A DNA stretch of 63,369 nucleotides, the filler included, from Sphaeroforma arctica JP610 (lineage: Eukaryota): the NCBI RefSeq assembly GCF_001186125.1. It is 7 parts of one record of this genome, joined end to end, with 100 filler letters (N's around TTAATTAATTAA, not from the genome) between each part and the next. Parts side by side here need not be neighbours in the genome. Positions count along the whole stretch, not along the records: positions 28,934 to 47,526 come from NW_014040557.1; positions 47,627 to 52,821 come from NW_014040557.1; positions 52,922 to 63,369 come from NW_014040557.1; 4 more parts are not named here. One strand, written 5' to 3'. The notes beneath the pieces were generated by a model, which made no database searches, was not told where the DNA came from, and was given only the letters and a program-made list of their open reading frames with translations. A program made the position numbers and the translations under genes. This document shows positions 38,601-52,999 of this stretch, piece by piece. The number at the start of each line of letters is the position of its first letter. The first letter of the stretch is position 1.

Positions 38601-39079
38601 CTTCGCCGAAGTACAAAGAATGCCTCAGCACTCTTCTGATTACCATCTTCACTGTGGGCACTGTTAGTGCTAGCGTGCCGGTTATTAATATCAGTCCTCG
38701 AATCCGGATCCTCCGGTTTCTGTTGTAACGCATGATGCGTGACAAAAAATAGCAAATCGTCCCCATCGGCCGATTCTTCTGTGTCCTGGAATAACTCTTT
38801 GAAGGAGTTGTACCAGAATTCAGCATCCTCTCCAGATAATATACTCACCTGAATAAAACGCGTGTTCGACTGAGAAGAGTTTGTGTTGTTCTGTCCATTT
38901 GGACCTAAAGGTACGTTATAAGACACAATCAAAACAGTGCACTTGAATGCGTGCCCAAGAAAAGAAGACGGATACAGGAGATGACAACTACAAGACTGCC
39001 TGACGCATAGTGAGCCAACTGGCACATAGGGTGATCATTTGAAGTCATCGAATAATAATGCTGCTTTTTTATAGATGTA

Positions 39080-39110
<31 letters not shown>

Positions 39111-39138
39111 CTATATATATATTATAGATATATATATG

Positions 39139-39183
<45 letters not shown>

Positions 39184-40100
39184 NNNNNNNNNNNNNNNNN
39201 NNNNNNNNNNNNNNNNNNNNNNNNNNNNNNNNNNNNNNNNNNNNNNNNNNNNNNNNNNNNNNNNNNNNNNNNNNNNNNNNNNNNNNNNNNNNNNNNNNNN
39301 NNNNNNNNNNNNNNNNNNNNNNNNNNNNNNNNNNNNNNNNNNNNNNNNNNNNNNNNNNNNNNNNNNNNNNNNNNNNNNNNNNNNNNNNNNNNNNNNNNNN
39401 NNNNNNNNNNNNNNNNNNNNNNNNNNNNNNNNNNNNNNNNNNNNNNNNNNNNNNNNNNNNNNNNNNNNNNNNNNNNNNNNNNNNNNNNNNNNNNNNNNNN
39501 NNNNNNNNNNNNNNNNNNNNNNNNNNNNNNNNNNNNNNNNNNNNNNNNNNNNNNNNNNNNNNNNNNNNNNNNNNNNNNNNNNNNNNNNNNNNNNNNNNNN
39601 NNNNNNNNNNNNNNNNNNNNNNNNNNNNNNNNNNNNNNNNNNNNNNNNNNNNNNNNNNNNNNNNNNNNNNNNNNNNNNNNNNNNNNNNNNNNNNNNNNNN
39701 NNNNNNNNNNNNNNNNNNNNNNNNNNNNNNNNNNNNNNNNNNNNNNNNNNNNNNNNNNNNNNNNNNNNNNNNNNNNNNNNNNNNNNNNNNNNNNNNNNNN
39801 NNNNNNNNNNNNNNNNNNNNNNNNNNNNNNNNNNNNNNNNNNNNNNNNNNNNNNNNNNNNNNNNNNNNNNNNNNNNNNNNNNNNNNNNNNNNNNNNNNNN
39901 NNNNNNNNNNNNNNNNNNNNNNNNNNNNNNNNNNNNNNNNNNNNNNNNNNNNNNNNNNNNNNNNNNNNNNNNNNNNNNNNNNNNNNNNNNNNNNNNNNNN
40001 NNNNNNNNNNNNNNNNNNNNNNNNNNNNNNNNNNNNNNNNNNNNNNNNNNNNNNNNNNNNNNNNNNATATATATACATCTATGTATATACATACGCACAT

Positions 40101-40155
<55 letters not shown>

Positions 40156-40285
40156 TGACGGTATAATCTTTTATGGTAATCCAATTAGAACTTACCTGGT
40201 TGTCACCAACTTGTTCTCTCCGTTTCAGCAAATGCCGTCTAGTGCTTTCCAGTGATTTGCTGAGCACATCAGATATTCTGACCAT
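35609..40285 (-). CDS. KIAA0930: KIAA0930 / DUF2045 family protein (374 aa, 7 exons)
   Basis: Exons 40285-40196, 38848-38591, 38377-38237, 37770-37633, 36999-36904, 36344-36171 and 35836-35609 are all GT-AG and in frame. Motifs: FW..F...F, DDLLFFV, DWESTYYLN, VYPSPS..RMD, YPRIFFPVDDFE, VCVEL, IFQGSV.Y, MEFLKMRGPKGVGQAEMAVSRV, LTFVNI. Confidence 0.92.
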
Positions 40286-41073
40286 AGTCTTGTAAGATAT
40301 CTATATACCCAATATACCCTACTGTATCGTTGCGTAAGATTGTTTATAAACCTTCTATACTATGTCGTCAGAAGTGCGTAGCAATGAAACTTGTGTAGCA
40401 ATGCAAATTCATTATTCATATCTTTACGACAAGCCTATTACTTGCTACTCGTAGCTATGTAGAGCGGATAGAGAGGCTATGCAATTAAGCCTCGGCTCCG
40501 AGATTATGTCTCAAACGAAGCTGAAACTATACAGATTCACGGTATCAGTGAAACACATATGCACACAATATAGACCCATATGATGCTTTAGTCTGCGACA
40601 TAAATATACTACTTAATACAAGTGTGGGGGGGGGGGAAATTACAAGAAAAAATCATAGGGTTCTTTTTCATAGCCTCCTAAAAAAGACCCTTTTTTTTGG
40701 AAGTTAATAAATATCGCCCGCCATTTTCACTCTCTTTTTAATTTTGTGAATAAAGATTTTGTTTTTAAAGGGGCTATGAAAAAACGAAGCTCTGCGATAC
40801 AGTTCACAGGCCACAGTCCACAGGCCCAGCGCAGACCCTAAAACATATTTTTTATAAAAAGAAATATAATAAAAAGTGGTGACAATGCGAATGCGTGTGC
40901 ACGAGCAACAATTTATTTTATCATGTGCCGACAACTTCTTTGACACTCGTGACAATATATGATGTTTATATTCATCGATCTTGACAAGATATGTATTTAC
41001 GAATGCATCATGCATATCTCTAGAGAGCAGTATTGCGCATGATATATTATACCGCAAGTAAGCCAAGCCATTT

Positions 41074-41115
<42 letters not shown>

Positions 41116-41417
41116 ACTCGTCGTTCGTACCTANNNNNNNNNNNNNNNNNNNNTTTATATTTATATATATATATACTTTTTGAGTTTATGCATACGAACT
41201 TTCTTCATTGTACATCTGTACATCAATCATCGTACTTGTGTGTACTGCTAGATTTGGACGTATTTAGAAACTTATTTGATGTCATTTTATCTTACATCAG
41301 TCGATTGGCACACTTTGAGACGCGCACAAGCTTAAACTGTACACTTGCCCTTATCTTAATAAATATATGGTTGTCACCCGCGAAATGCACCTCATTAACG
41401 CCACCATCTTCCCACAG

Positions 41418-44400
41418 GCGCTGCCGTATGCCATAACCGTTAGCGAATCAAACAAGAAACGCGTATGTGACTACTGCTATAAGTTCAATCTCAAAGGGCG
41501 CTTGGAAGTATCTTGTTATGACTGTCGCCGGTCATTCTTCTGCGATGCGGTGTGCCGGGAGCGGCACTATCCCTCTCACAGCCGTTTCATGTGCAAATTA
41601 CAGGTACGCTATGTTAATATCTCACATACGGTACATATACAGTCTACTTCTGCTATATTTAAACACTAGATTGTAATGCATGTTAATTCAGACCTATATA
41701 TCGCCGTGTCGCGTTGCTATAAACATGTTCAGCGATGCTGCTCTATTTATCTCTCTGTTTGCTAACAGTGGAGGAATCTGTGTTTTGGTGTACTTTAAAT
41801 GTGTGGCTCGTGAGATTGCCATCAGTAGCTTCCAAGTGGTGCACGGTGATCTCGATATGCAGTGTCTGATTCTGCAATAATTGTGCGAGGTTCAACCACG
41901 GACAGTGCTGTCTCGCAGCGAGACGTTGTGCTTGCCTCAAGGGACCACGTCAGGCCTATCCTACGTTATCGCATATGTAACAGCTATGCCGTGCCGTGCC
42001 TATACTCAGGAGCTTGTACCATGCACAAATTGTCTGTGCCCCTATAGCCAGAGTGCGTATACTTGAATGTCTTAAGGCTGTACTGTAGTCCATAGCACTT
42101 GCGATGGCGGTGTTGTATGTACAGGCTCGCTTGAGTTACTTTCGCTGTACTTTGTTAATATTCATCCGCGCTATTTGACAGGCGAAAATGAAGTCGTGGA
42201 AAGTGGACCAGGATATGATGAGTTTCCTACAACTGGTTGGGAACATTGCCATGCGCCAAAGATTAGAGAGCTCGGATAGCGTGCACACTACCACAGCTCC
42301 ACCAAAACCCGTCCCTATCGCGACAGGTGGTGACGGAACACAAGACAATGACATGCGTATAATTGACGAGATAGGACATACTGCTAGTATACGACCATGC
42401 TACAACGACTGTTCGGCTAAGGTGTGGGCAGCTAAGTCGTATCGAACTGTGAGCGATAGCGCCAAAAGTGAACCGGGGATCCATGCCCAGAACGCTATTG
42501 TCGAAAAGGATTGTGAGGGTGCACATGCAGAGTATAGCGCTGGGCAATGTGATGACTCAAAGCGGAACGTGTTGAGCGAAACCGGTACGGATTTCGGTTT
42601 GCTTAGTACATCACCCGAGACACTAGAAGGCGCCCTGGAAGAAAGTTCGACAGATACCAAGACAGAGACAGATGTAGAGACGTATGAACCGGCGAGATGT
42701 TACTGCTACGACTTCATGCCATACGTACCCGCATCGGATATCATCAGCGAGCAGCGACTGGCTGTGGTGAGTGAAGAAGAGAAAGCACGGCAACAGACTA
42801 AGCTACTTGCGCGAGGGCTGGGGGCAAAGAGCCGAACCGTATCGCTGCTACAGACACCGCGCAAGGACATAACACCCCTGTCACACACGAGGAAGGTCTC
42901 ATTTGTTGTCGCCCCGGATGACAAGCCACACGATACCAAAGCAAAAGTTGATCAGAAGCGAGCGGTGAAGATAGAGGGCGCCTCGAGCAGTGGGTTTGGG
43001 GGTCTTTTTGCGGCCATTGCGGATATGTCCGTGACTACGAAATCGGATGATAGTGTGGATGAAGAAGATGGTTCGGTGGAAGAGCTGGACGACTCCGGCA
43101 TTGAGGACACATCGGGAGACGGGCTTGGTGGAATGATTGACCGCAAGGATCATCAGGACAATTTGAAGGAGGGTATGGGTAAGGATGAGGATAGAGTGTG
43201 TCTGGACGCGGAGAGCATCGATAGGGAAATAAGGACAGACAGTAGAATAAGCCACTCGTTGGTTGACTCGGGAGATAGGCCAGGAGGTGAGAGTACGGCC
43301 ATGCAGAGGGTTTCCAATGGGACGACAAGTGGTAGTGGTATGTCAATGGAGGCGCGCGTAGAGCAGCACATTCGAGAGGTACAGGGCCACAAAGCCGTGC
43401 CCGCAATCAGCTTCAGTATCACAGATCAAGACGGTGATGTACAGAGCATTTTTAGGCCAAGCGACGGGCGGGGTAGTCAGGATAAAGTGATGCCGTCTGC
43501 ACTCAGGCAGAAAAAAGGGCGGAGTGTGAGCTACTCTGCACGCTCTACTACGCGTTCGGATGGTGGGGAAAGGCCGAGTGACAGTGAGCTCAGGATAGCG
43601 ATCCCGGTGAGGGATGATAGTAAGGATTATGTAAACATCCACTTGGGGGTGGTGGTAGCGCCGGAGGCCAAAGACTTCAATCTGCTCGAGTCTCACCACA
43701 AGACCTATGACAAGGATCGCGTGAGGGACCTCAGGAAACCTTTGCAGCAGCTGATGTCTGCCATGAACACTATTTTCGAGGCTGCCCCGGGCGCGGTTGT
43801 CAATGCTATGCCACTGACCCCTGCAGTAGCCTCCGAAACAGTCACAACCGACTCCAGCGCGGCATCAGCCAACCATTCGCCTGCGAGGGCTACAGCGACG
43901 GTAGAGGCCTGTCCTGTAAGCTTCGACGAGCTCTTGGCTATTGCGGGTCGTATAGAGTCCAACTGCTTTGGCTACAGGAATCGGAAGGAGAGTGTGCACA
44001 CGCAGCTGGGGCGGATGGTGGTGCCCACAGCATCGTATTTCAACCACTCGTGCCGCCCGAATGTAACAGCCGAGTTTGCGGACTCGAATCTGGCGAGTTT
44101 TGTGGCCAAGCGGAAGATATATGATGGGCAGGAGGTATGTACTCTTGTCGCACTGTTTGTGTCTGTGCCGTCTTTGTGTGGCTGTAACTCGTATAGTACA
44201 CATAGTTGTTCCAATTTCAATTCGGTTTTGTGCCCAATTTCTATGTTTGTGTGCCTTTACGTTTAGTTGGCAGTATAGGTGTGGATGTCCTATTTTCTAA
44301 TAACTGTACCGTAGGCACATCACAGAAACGTGTGCTAATGTTAATAACTGTTGAAGTCATTTGTATTTCAATGCAAGGCCCTTGATGATAATCCATCTCA

Positions 44401-44694
44401 TCATATTTACGATTAACTTTATTTCACTCGTAGGTGTGCATTTCATATATTGACGAGAACCTGCCGAGGAGCGAACGACAGTTCCGACTGAAGGATTCGT
44501 ATCTGTTCCACTGCGTGTGTGCGAAGTGCATAGAGCCCGACAGTCAGAAGGGTAATCCATCCTGGTCGAAGAGTGTAAACGCCTACGCGAAACCGCCGTC
44601 AAACCAACCGAAGAAGAACAATAAGGCCATAAACAAGGCCACGAATAAGAAAAAGAAAGGCGCCAAGAAGGGCCGACAGCGTCAGGATGAATGA
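41418..44694 (+). CDS. SMYD-type SET and MYND domain protein lysine methyltransferase (5' end uncertain)
   Basis: Exon 41418-41603 holds the MYND finger (PYA..CDYC..CYDC...FCDAVC..H...H..MC). Exon 42182-44134 holds NCFG...ASYFNHSCRPN...KIYDGQE. Exon 44434-44694 holds VCISYID...ERQFRLKDSYLFHCVCAKC (post-SET). The ORF could also extend upstream to ATG 41367. Confidence 0.92.
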
Positions 44695-46140
44695 TGCTTG
44701 AAAGTTATACAGTGTTAATTAAAGTTTAATAATATATTATAGATGGCCATTGTATATTTGAGTGAAAATGAAGCCCAAATTCCCTTTTGATATTATCAAA
44801 GCTTGATTGTTCATTCCATGCTACTGTTCACAGCTGCCGAAGTATATACCAGCGCAAGTTTTCTACCCACACCAGGGTCAGTGTTCGGCACTATTCCTTC
44901 CGATCGCGAGGCGACCGATGTGCCTTCCTCCGGCTTATATAGCGTCCATGTTTGTCGTATGCTCCGCCCACGATTTTTTTTCCTCGTTTTTCTCGCAAAA
45001 AGCTGTGTACCCAGCATCGACTTTGAGCATTGCTGTTTCTATACCGTACACCCAATGGCACACTAGAACCTAGATCACAGCAGGAGACCGTCTCGAGAGT
45101 TCCACAAGACTTTTGATGTATACGATTGATCGATTGCTGAAGTGGACACAATAGTTGCAAATATGTCTATCTTGGTACTTTGTTGAAACCCTATCCATCC
45201 TTGAATGTGACGAGGAGGGTGGTCAGAGACGTGTCCGGTCCGAAAGTATTTTTCTTCTTCTAATTCTGAAGAAAAAAACCCCTAGTTCTTTGCTTTGGAA
45301 GAATATAAAATCTATAGGATCGACGCGGTATAGTAACCTCCGAGCAATCAGGTATATTAATGTGATGCGTGTGACTCAGAGCGTACAAGTTATGCGATCA
45401 GGCAGTTACTCGTGCGTACTCCCGGAGACGCTCGCAGGCAGGGTAATAATACCAGCCCTACACTATAACTTGTGCACCGGATTAAAGTCAGTGACACACT
45501 ATGTAGTAATAGGGTAAAATATTCAATGTATGCATTTAAAAAAGAATCATACGACTACCTGCAAGTGTTTACAAACTTTAACAAAACATTCATATAGAGT
45601 ACGCGACCACTCATTCAACTATGGCACTGGTTTCACTTGTTGCATTGCAGAGTGCGAGCATGGGACGGGTTTTCTTGTATAACTGCACAAACGCACATGG
45701 CAGTACATTGGATGGTCGGTTTCGGTGCGTCTCAATATGCGTCAGAGCCCACTCGGCGCGTTCGTGAGGATCTTAAATATTGGGAGCCACATAACATCCA
45801 TATAAGCTACATAGGGATGCTATAAGCCCGGCCCTCCGGACGATGCTCAGAGCCTAGATTCGCCCACATATAGTATCAGGTTGTTGAGTAAGCGCGCACT
45901 GGGTTACAAATAAGCCGAGCTAAGTACCCGGTAAAGGTTTATATGCGCGGTGTGCGGCATCTTGCTTAGACAGTTTAATCTACCATACAGATTGCGATTA
46001 CAATGTCATTTTAATACATGTCCAATATGGGACTGGTAATAAGGTAAAACCAACGTACGCAGCTTTTAATGCTCTTCATTCTATGTCCATCCTAAATTAG
46101 TGGGGCAATGCCCAGAGACAACTGGCATCCAGATGCCGCG

Positions 46141-49100
46141 TCAGAAATCGGTGGTGACGTAGGTCGACGGGAAAATTCCTTTCTTTTTCGTCCGCTGTTC
46201 ACATGCATATAAAAGTAAAAGACGATACTTATTCTGTTAGTAGATGTTCTGGATACATATACTCTAAAAGAATATGTATTCAAATAGTATATGTTCTGGA
46301 AACATATTCTACTAGTAGATGTCCTGGATATCATATCTGTACCATATTTTCCCGTGCTCAAGAGTCAAGGATATACTTTACTGGCGCTCAATCAAAAAGC
46401 GACAGGGGTACAATACAAACAATAGGAAATTCAGAGCAGAACTTGATACAACAACTAAAATAACGCAGATACGGAGAGCTAAAAATCAAGTAGTGCTAAC
46501 GCCAATCACGCAATTCCAATGAAATTTGGACTGTGGCACAATACAAAATGCAGTCCATCAACTGGTTGAGCATAAATCGGGTGCCCTGAGGCCAACGCAC
46601 ACAGGCCTGTGAAACCGTGTGAAGTTCACTTGCACATACGAGCACACAGAGTGCTAAGGACAGTAGGTACGCAGAGAACTGATACACCTAAACATAAAGG
46701 GATTGTCTACTGCGTCAACGAGAACAGAAAAACATGCATACAAGCTAGCTACGCGCGCGTGTGTAACTTGATTTTTTTTTCGGCAACAACGGAACCGGCG
46801 AAGGTGCACTAGAACAATTATCGATAAAAATCTCGTCCTACTGCCGATAGTGTATAATATGTAGCAGCATTCTAGAGATTTGCTTCCAGATCAGCGAAAC
46901 AGTTAATTTCATATGCAACACGCACAGCAGGACCGACGTTGTGTGTGCACAAACAACATTAACCACAACTTAAATTCCTTCGAACAGCCGCCCACATGGG
47001 CTATATGCGCTCGTGATAAATTGTACTGTACCTGATTTGTCCCCGTCCACCAGTCACTATCGCGCAGCGTAACAAATATCATATCGCCTTCTTCAATGCT
47101 CAGATCACCATCCTGATCTGCTTCGTAGTCGTACAGACACTTCACCTTGATGGGCCTGCCCCTCGACTGCGGCTTTTTGGGCACAGCTTGTCCTTTGCTA
47201 TTCGTGTTCACACTACTCGAACTGTGTGGGTGAAGATACTACTCAGTATTGTGATTGGCGATGAAGAATAAAGTAAATTAGATGATAACGAAAGGTTCAT
47301 GCCGACAACTCTAGAACCTCCCAACGCTAGATACCGTGTAATTTGCGCCACCGAATGACACTATAACTACCGATACTTCGTATGCTTTACACTCCGCGCA
47401 TGTGGGGTAATGTACAGGAAGCGAAACAAGGTACGATAGTAAGGTATGTACACCCATTTTACAAACGTTTTCATATACAACTACATGCATACATATATAC
47501 ATATATATGTACAAATGTATATACGTNNNNNNNNNNNNNNNNNNNNNNNNNNNNNNNNNNNNNNNNNNNNTTAATTAATTAANNNNNNNNNNNNNNNNNN
47601 NNNNNNNNNNNNNNNNNNNNNNNNNNGTACCACTGTCATTATCCCCGTGAAAGAGTACGCCACACCACACTAAACACTCGTCTTACCGGCGGTTCGACGA
47701 GCTTGTGCTGCTGTTGCATGCGGGTTTTCTATCGTAGATGCTAGTACTGTTGTAGGTACTGCTACTGTTGTAACCACCGCCTCCACTATATATGCTCGTA
47801 GCTGGGGGTGTATACGTAGTGGTGGGGGGCGGGGCCCTCGGGGCGCTAGGGGCGCTAGGGCTTTTATAGCCACTGCTAGTGTATGTAGAGGCTGGTGAGC
47901 TCTGCTTGTTACTGCCGTACCCACTGCTAGTATACGTAGACTTCTCCGTGTTATTTGACCCGTAGCCCGAACTCTTGTACGAGGATGCTGCGTATCCGGT
48001 TGCGGCGGCCGGAGCTGTGACTGTGTATATATGGATACAAGAGTGTATACTCAGAGGTCAATGAGCGCATGCGTGTTCCTACAAGATAGGACGATGTATA
48101 TGTAGCGTGTAGGTTCACCTGGATGCGCCAGCACCATTGATTTCATATACAGCCTGGTATATTTATCTACCCTATGCCGGTTTGACCAATGCAATACGTT
48201 TCCGAACAGTGTACTCGGTGCACCTCAAGAACATCTCCAAAACAAAGTAGCACACCCCAACATTGCATACCTGGAGGGGTTCTTGCCCGTGGTGGCTCTG
48301 GACTCTTCTTGCCATATGCCTTGGCAGTGTATGTGCTCTTTTCATACCCACCCGTGTTCTTGGTGGCGTTGGTCACGTACCCCGTTGATGCTGAATAAAA
48401 CAGAGATGTGCGTGAGTGAGATGATGAGGAAGTGCCTTGCACGTCAGACTGTGTACAGCTTAGCGGAAGAATGCGATTGATAATGTTTAAATGATCCGTT
48501 CCGGCAGGTAAGAGCGTACTTAACGCTTAAAAGAAGGTGAGGCACATTCTCTGCATCACATTCCTAACCAGAATTACGCACGCAGACAGATGCAGATAGT
48601 AGAAACCTACACACGCATGTGCACTCAGAGCTCTACACAACTCACTGCAGGCAGGTGCCCGCAAGCAGGCCGTATCATGAGCCTGCTGGGACATACGCAT
48701 GACGAAATATGAATATATTACAAATCAAAAGAAAGTAGTCTAAGAGCGACGAGATACATATACACGGATATACACGTAGAACGGCACACAAATCATGACA
48801 AGACCATACCCGCAGGGGCAGTACCAGTCTTACCGCTGTATGAGTTTGATCTGGGCTTCGCAGTTGCGCCAGTCTGCGGGCGGGAGGGCGGCACATTCTC
48901 CGGTGACAGACTGCCTCTGTCGTCCTTGAATGTTTCCCCCTGAGCATGCACATGGTGTTGATAAGTGATTTGAAAAATGACAGATAGTATTAAATAGGAT
49001 AGTATTAAATAAGTCGATATCCGTGAACGCTATCTTGTTAACTTCCCACTAGTTCATCAGGTCCTGTGGTGTGAACTAATAGGGCTGTGCGAGGCAATCT

Positions 49101-52100
49101 CTACAATAAGTGGGGAGCTAACTTGTGGTTTGGGCAGTAACGAATGATGGGTGGTAATATGGATGACAATCACCAAACATCGCAGCGTAAGAAAAATCCC
49201 AACATGGACCGTCTACTTCCACAGTTGAAGGCCATCGCCTTGAAAGTGAAGTACGCAGGTCAGTACAGGGACTGTGGAAAGCCGGCTGAATATACAATAA
49301 GCACAAACTTTGTAATATCCAGACAGATTGATATCTACTAAAACAGGAGCCAGGGGGCGAAATCACGACAATCAACTGCAGTGACCACTCTAGTTGTGCC
49401 TGAGAAGAGTACCTTATAGACATACAGGACGCTCCTAGACGTCCATCTGCTACCCCCAGGGACATAAAGGTTAAACGACTGTATCTTGTGTAGCAGCGTA
49501 GATTCACACCTCTCGCTAGCGTACACGGGTGAATTGCGTTACAATATCGACCATGACATATACGATACAGAGCCAACAGACTCTGAAGCAGCCAGCGTAC
49601 ACAGCACATACAGTCCCACTTATTTGCTCATCACAAGTAGTATCTATTTATAGCACATACCATTCCTCGCATCTGCAGACACTTATGTAGCCGCCTGATC
49701 GCTGTAGCACCCTGAGGCTTGACTGGTTGTAGGTCTTTGAAGCCGTTTAGCACATCCATGGTATCCACATCCTGTCCGTAAAACTGTATAGCCGGAAGTT
49801 AGCCGGAAGTCAACACGTTTGAACATTAAGGAATGCAAATTTACTAGGTCGATGTGCATGCCCTCACATTGGCACTCCTGAACACACATATACATATACA
49901 CACACACACACATNNNNNNNNNNNNNNNNNNNNNNNNNNNNNNNNNNNNNNNNNNNNNNNNNNNNNNNNNNNNNNNNNNNNNNNNNNNNNNNNNNNNNNN
50001 NNNNNNNNNNNNNNNNNNNNNNNNNNNNNNNNNNNNNNNNNNNNNNNNNNNNNNNNNNNNNNNNNNNNNNNNNNNNNNNNNNNNNNNNNNNNNNNNNNNN
50101 NNNNNNNNNNNNNNNNNNNNNNNNNNNNNNNNNNNNNNNNNNNNNNNNNNNNNNNNNNNNNNNNNNNNNNNNNNNNNNNNNNNNNNNNNNNNNNNNNNNN
50201 NNNNNNNNNNNNNNNNNNNNNNNNNNNNNNNNNNNNNNNNNNNNNNNNNACATGCATAGCTCATATATACAAGACCGCACCTTTTTGTTAGAATCTGGTC
50301 GTTGGATGATACCGACACCCTCAACAGACATTGAGAACAGCAGACCGCGAGAGAAACTGGCAGAAGGCATGGGGAAGAATTAGTAAAGTAAAGTACATGA
50401 TTGGGGTGACAATTTCCCCCTCCATCTACAGCTTGAGATCGTGTATAAACATATAAAACTGCAGGTGGAAAACATAATCACATACTGCATGTCTTGATCC
50501 CTGTATACATGCAGGATGCATGGACTCAAAAGTACGTGCACATATCCTCTATCTAGGCATGGCGCCTAAGTATATAGGTATAGCGAGTCACATTGCTCAG
50601 CGTGCAAAAACATGACTGGGACAGTCGATATGACAATGGGCATCTTAGCAGTCCATCTGAGCTCCCACTAAAATCCGCTCTCTGCAATACTAACTACAAT
50701 GATGTGCCCCCTCCATGTAAAACCTGGACTGGGAATCATTGCGGCGAAAGCCGATAGCCACTAGCCAGTTCCCAAAGTGGATGCCCACCTGACACAAAAT
50801 AAGGAAACAGTTTCTATAACCATGGCTACTACGTACGTGTATACGTCAAACCAACTGCATGCATGGTAGACATACATGCTTGATGTGACTAACGTCTAAC
50901 TCCGTGTGCGTTAGCATTCGCGCAATCGTAGTCCACAGAAAGCTAACAACACCTGATAATCCCTAAACCTTAACACTACACCCATGAGCGCCTGCAACAC
51001 CGTCCCTCATGCATTCCCATGTAACGGCTCCACGCAAAGGAACTGTACGTACCCAACCTACCTGTATGTAACTACGGGAGAGATGTTCATGATCGCGATG
51101 TCTCCCTCGAGTGTCCGTCCGTGTGGTCCAATAGCACAGCCAATCTCTCCACCCAGCGTGACGTTGCCGCGTGCAAAGGCCTGGAAATGGATGGGACATG
51201 GATGGTAGGTATGAAACCAATACGGTTGAGCCCTAACTGATTTCGATTGCTAATACTCGTCGCACCAACCCGGTATATGTCGTGGTATATACGGCATTTG
51301 CGGCCTACTGGGAGTGTGTGCTGGTGACAGACTCATCATATTCACTGCAGCGGTCAATACAGTACTATCCGTTCTGCAATAAGACAACAGTAGTGCACCT
51401 CAACACAGTGCAAGCTATGCACTGATGAAGCAACCTATACCTCATGTGTATGGTAGCCGCGCCGGCCCGCAGTCACTGATACATACTTAAATAACACACT
51501 TTATACACACACACAAGAGGTTCTGTGCACAACAATCAAACTCGTATGTTCACGTATGTCAGAGCATGCCTTCGTGCGACATCATCACTGATCATCCACG
51601 AAATGCGTATACTCCAAAGATTAAAAAATATGCTTCAAGTAGTCGACTGGGATAACAGGACTGTATATACTGTGCTGCGGCATGTCTACGATATATCAGC
51701 CATATTTGACCCCGTACGCGCGCTAACTATAAACCTGTAGAACATACCTTTACTGCGTTGTCTGTTGTCAGAATCATTACCAGATCAATCGCAGCTATTC
51801 CTAACTGGAAACCAAATAATCCACCGGCGAGTCCAAAACCTATATATAAATCAATTTATTGTCATTCAGTGAGACAAATCACTCGAGTGTGCACGTGTGC
51901 GCATATCATCAAGCAGATCTTAAGTTGTTCGTGATCTTTAAATAGTCACAACACATATGTACATTTATCTATGTCAAAGTTAAGTGGCGGACGATTGAAT
52001 ATACACCGGGTTCAGAGCAGTGAACCGCGACACACCTATCGGATCGCTCCATTCGTCTGTTTTCGGATCATGTTTCAAAACAACGCCGGAGCCACCTCTG

Positions 52101-52464
52101 TCACGAAGAATTATATTTAGCATATCAATGATTGGTTAGTGGACTGATGACAAGTCAACCTACAGGCGAGGCGTGGCTGGTCGCACTTTTTAAGGAGAAA
52201 TAAACGCCAATCTAAGCTCTGGACCAACAAAAACACTTAACAGAATCAGCGCAAAGACGGGCTGGCACACTAGCAGACAAACGCGGAGGCTTCTCTGATA
52301 CACGAACCTCGCTATAGATAAATCACTTACTTAACACCACCTAGTAGGATACTCATCTGCGCCAGGGTTGCGATGGCAACGCCCTTGCAGCTTCTGAACA
52401 GCTTAGGTGGGATCGTATTCAGCACGGACTTGACCTTGCTCTTCGTGTCTTTCACACTCCCGGA
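46141..52464 (-). CDS. SH3YL1: SH3YL1 / Ysc84-Lsb3 homologue (SYLF/YAB domain + low-complexity linker + C-terminal SH3); first exon probably in the gap
   Basis: Exons 52464-52331, 52097-52036, 51839-51748, 51180-51062, 50356-50281, 49783-49683, (one small uncertain exon near 49413-49446), 48939-48834, 48390-48271, 48020-47687, 47221-47032 and 46194-46141. SYLF domain: IPPKLFRSCKGVAI..GGSGVV..WSDPIGFGLAGGLFGFQLG..DLVMIL..AVKAF..GNVTLGG..AIGPHGR..YSFSRGL..SVEG..N..FYG. SH3 domain: CLYDYEA..DLS..EGD..WWTG..GIFPSTYV. Confidence 0.92.
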
Positions 52465-52716
52465 CTATAATAAATAACCAAATATTGTGATGCATCTGCT
52501 TAGTGTGTGCACATAATCACTTAAGGAAAAGACATCCACGCATAGGGGAGAATTTGAAGTGTGTACAGGGTGATGATATAGGTATCCATATACATATGCC
52601 AGTGTGATAACAGCGGTATTGTATTTATAAATATACATATATATATATCTATATATCTATATATCTATATATATATATCTATCTATATATATATATCTAT
52701 CTATATATATATATAT

Positions 52717-52763
<47 letters not shown>

Positions 52764-52778
52764 ATAGTAGTAGTACGT

Positions 52779-52780
52779 AT

Positions 52781-52821
<41 letters not shown>
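52779..52821 (+). repeat. (CTAA)n tetranucleotide tract
   Basis: About 10 copies of actaactaac... running into a gap. Confidence 0.85.
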
Positions 52822-52999
52822 NNNNNNNNNNNNNNNNNNNNNNNNNNNNNNNNNNNNNNNNNNNNTTAATTAATTAANNNNNNNNNNNNNNNNNNNNNNN
52901 NNNNNNNNNNNNNNNNNNNNNAGCTCTGTGGTACAGACTTAACAATTTAAGAGTATAATTATGTTCTGTATCTGGTACTGTTATGCTTTACTGCTTTAA

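Noticed and set aside
38929..40184. Long ORFs made of X and YI/CV runs (also 49683-50370, 22726-23480, 25041-25668)
   Set aside because: They are translations of N-gaps and microsatellites.
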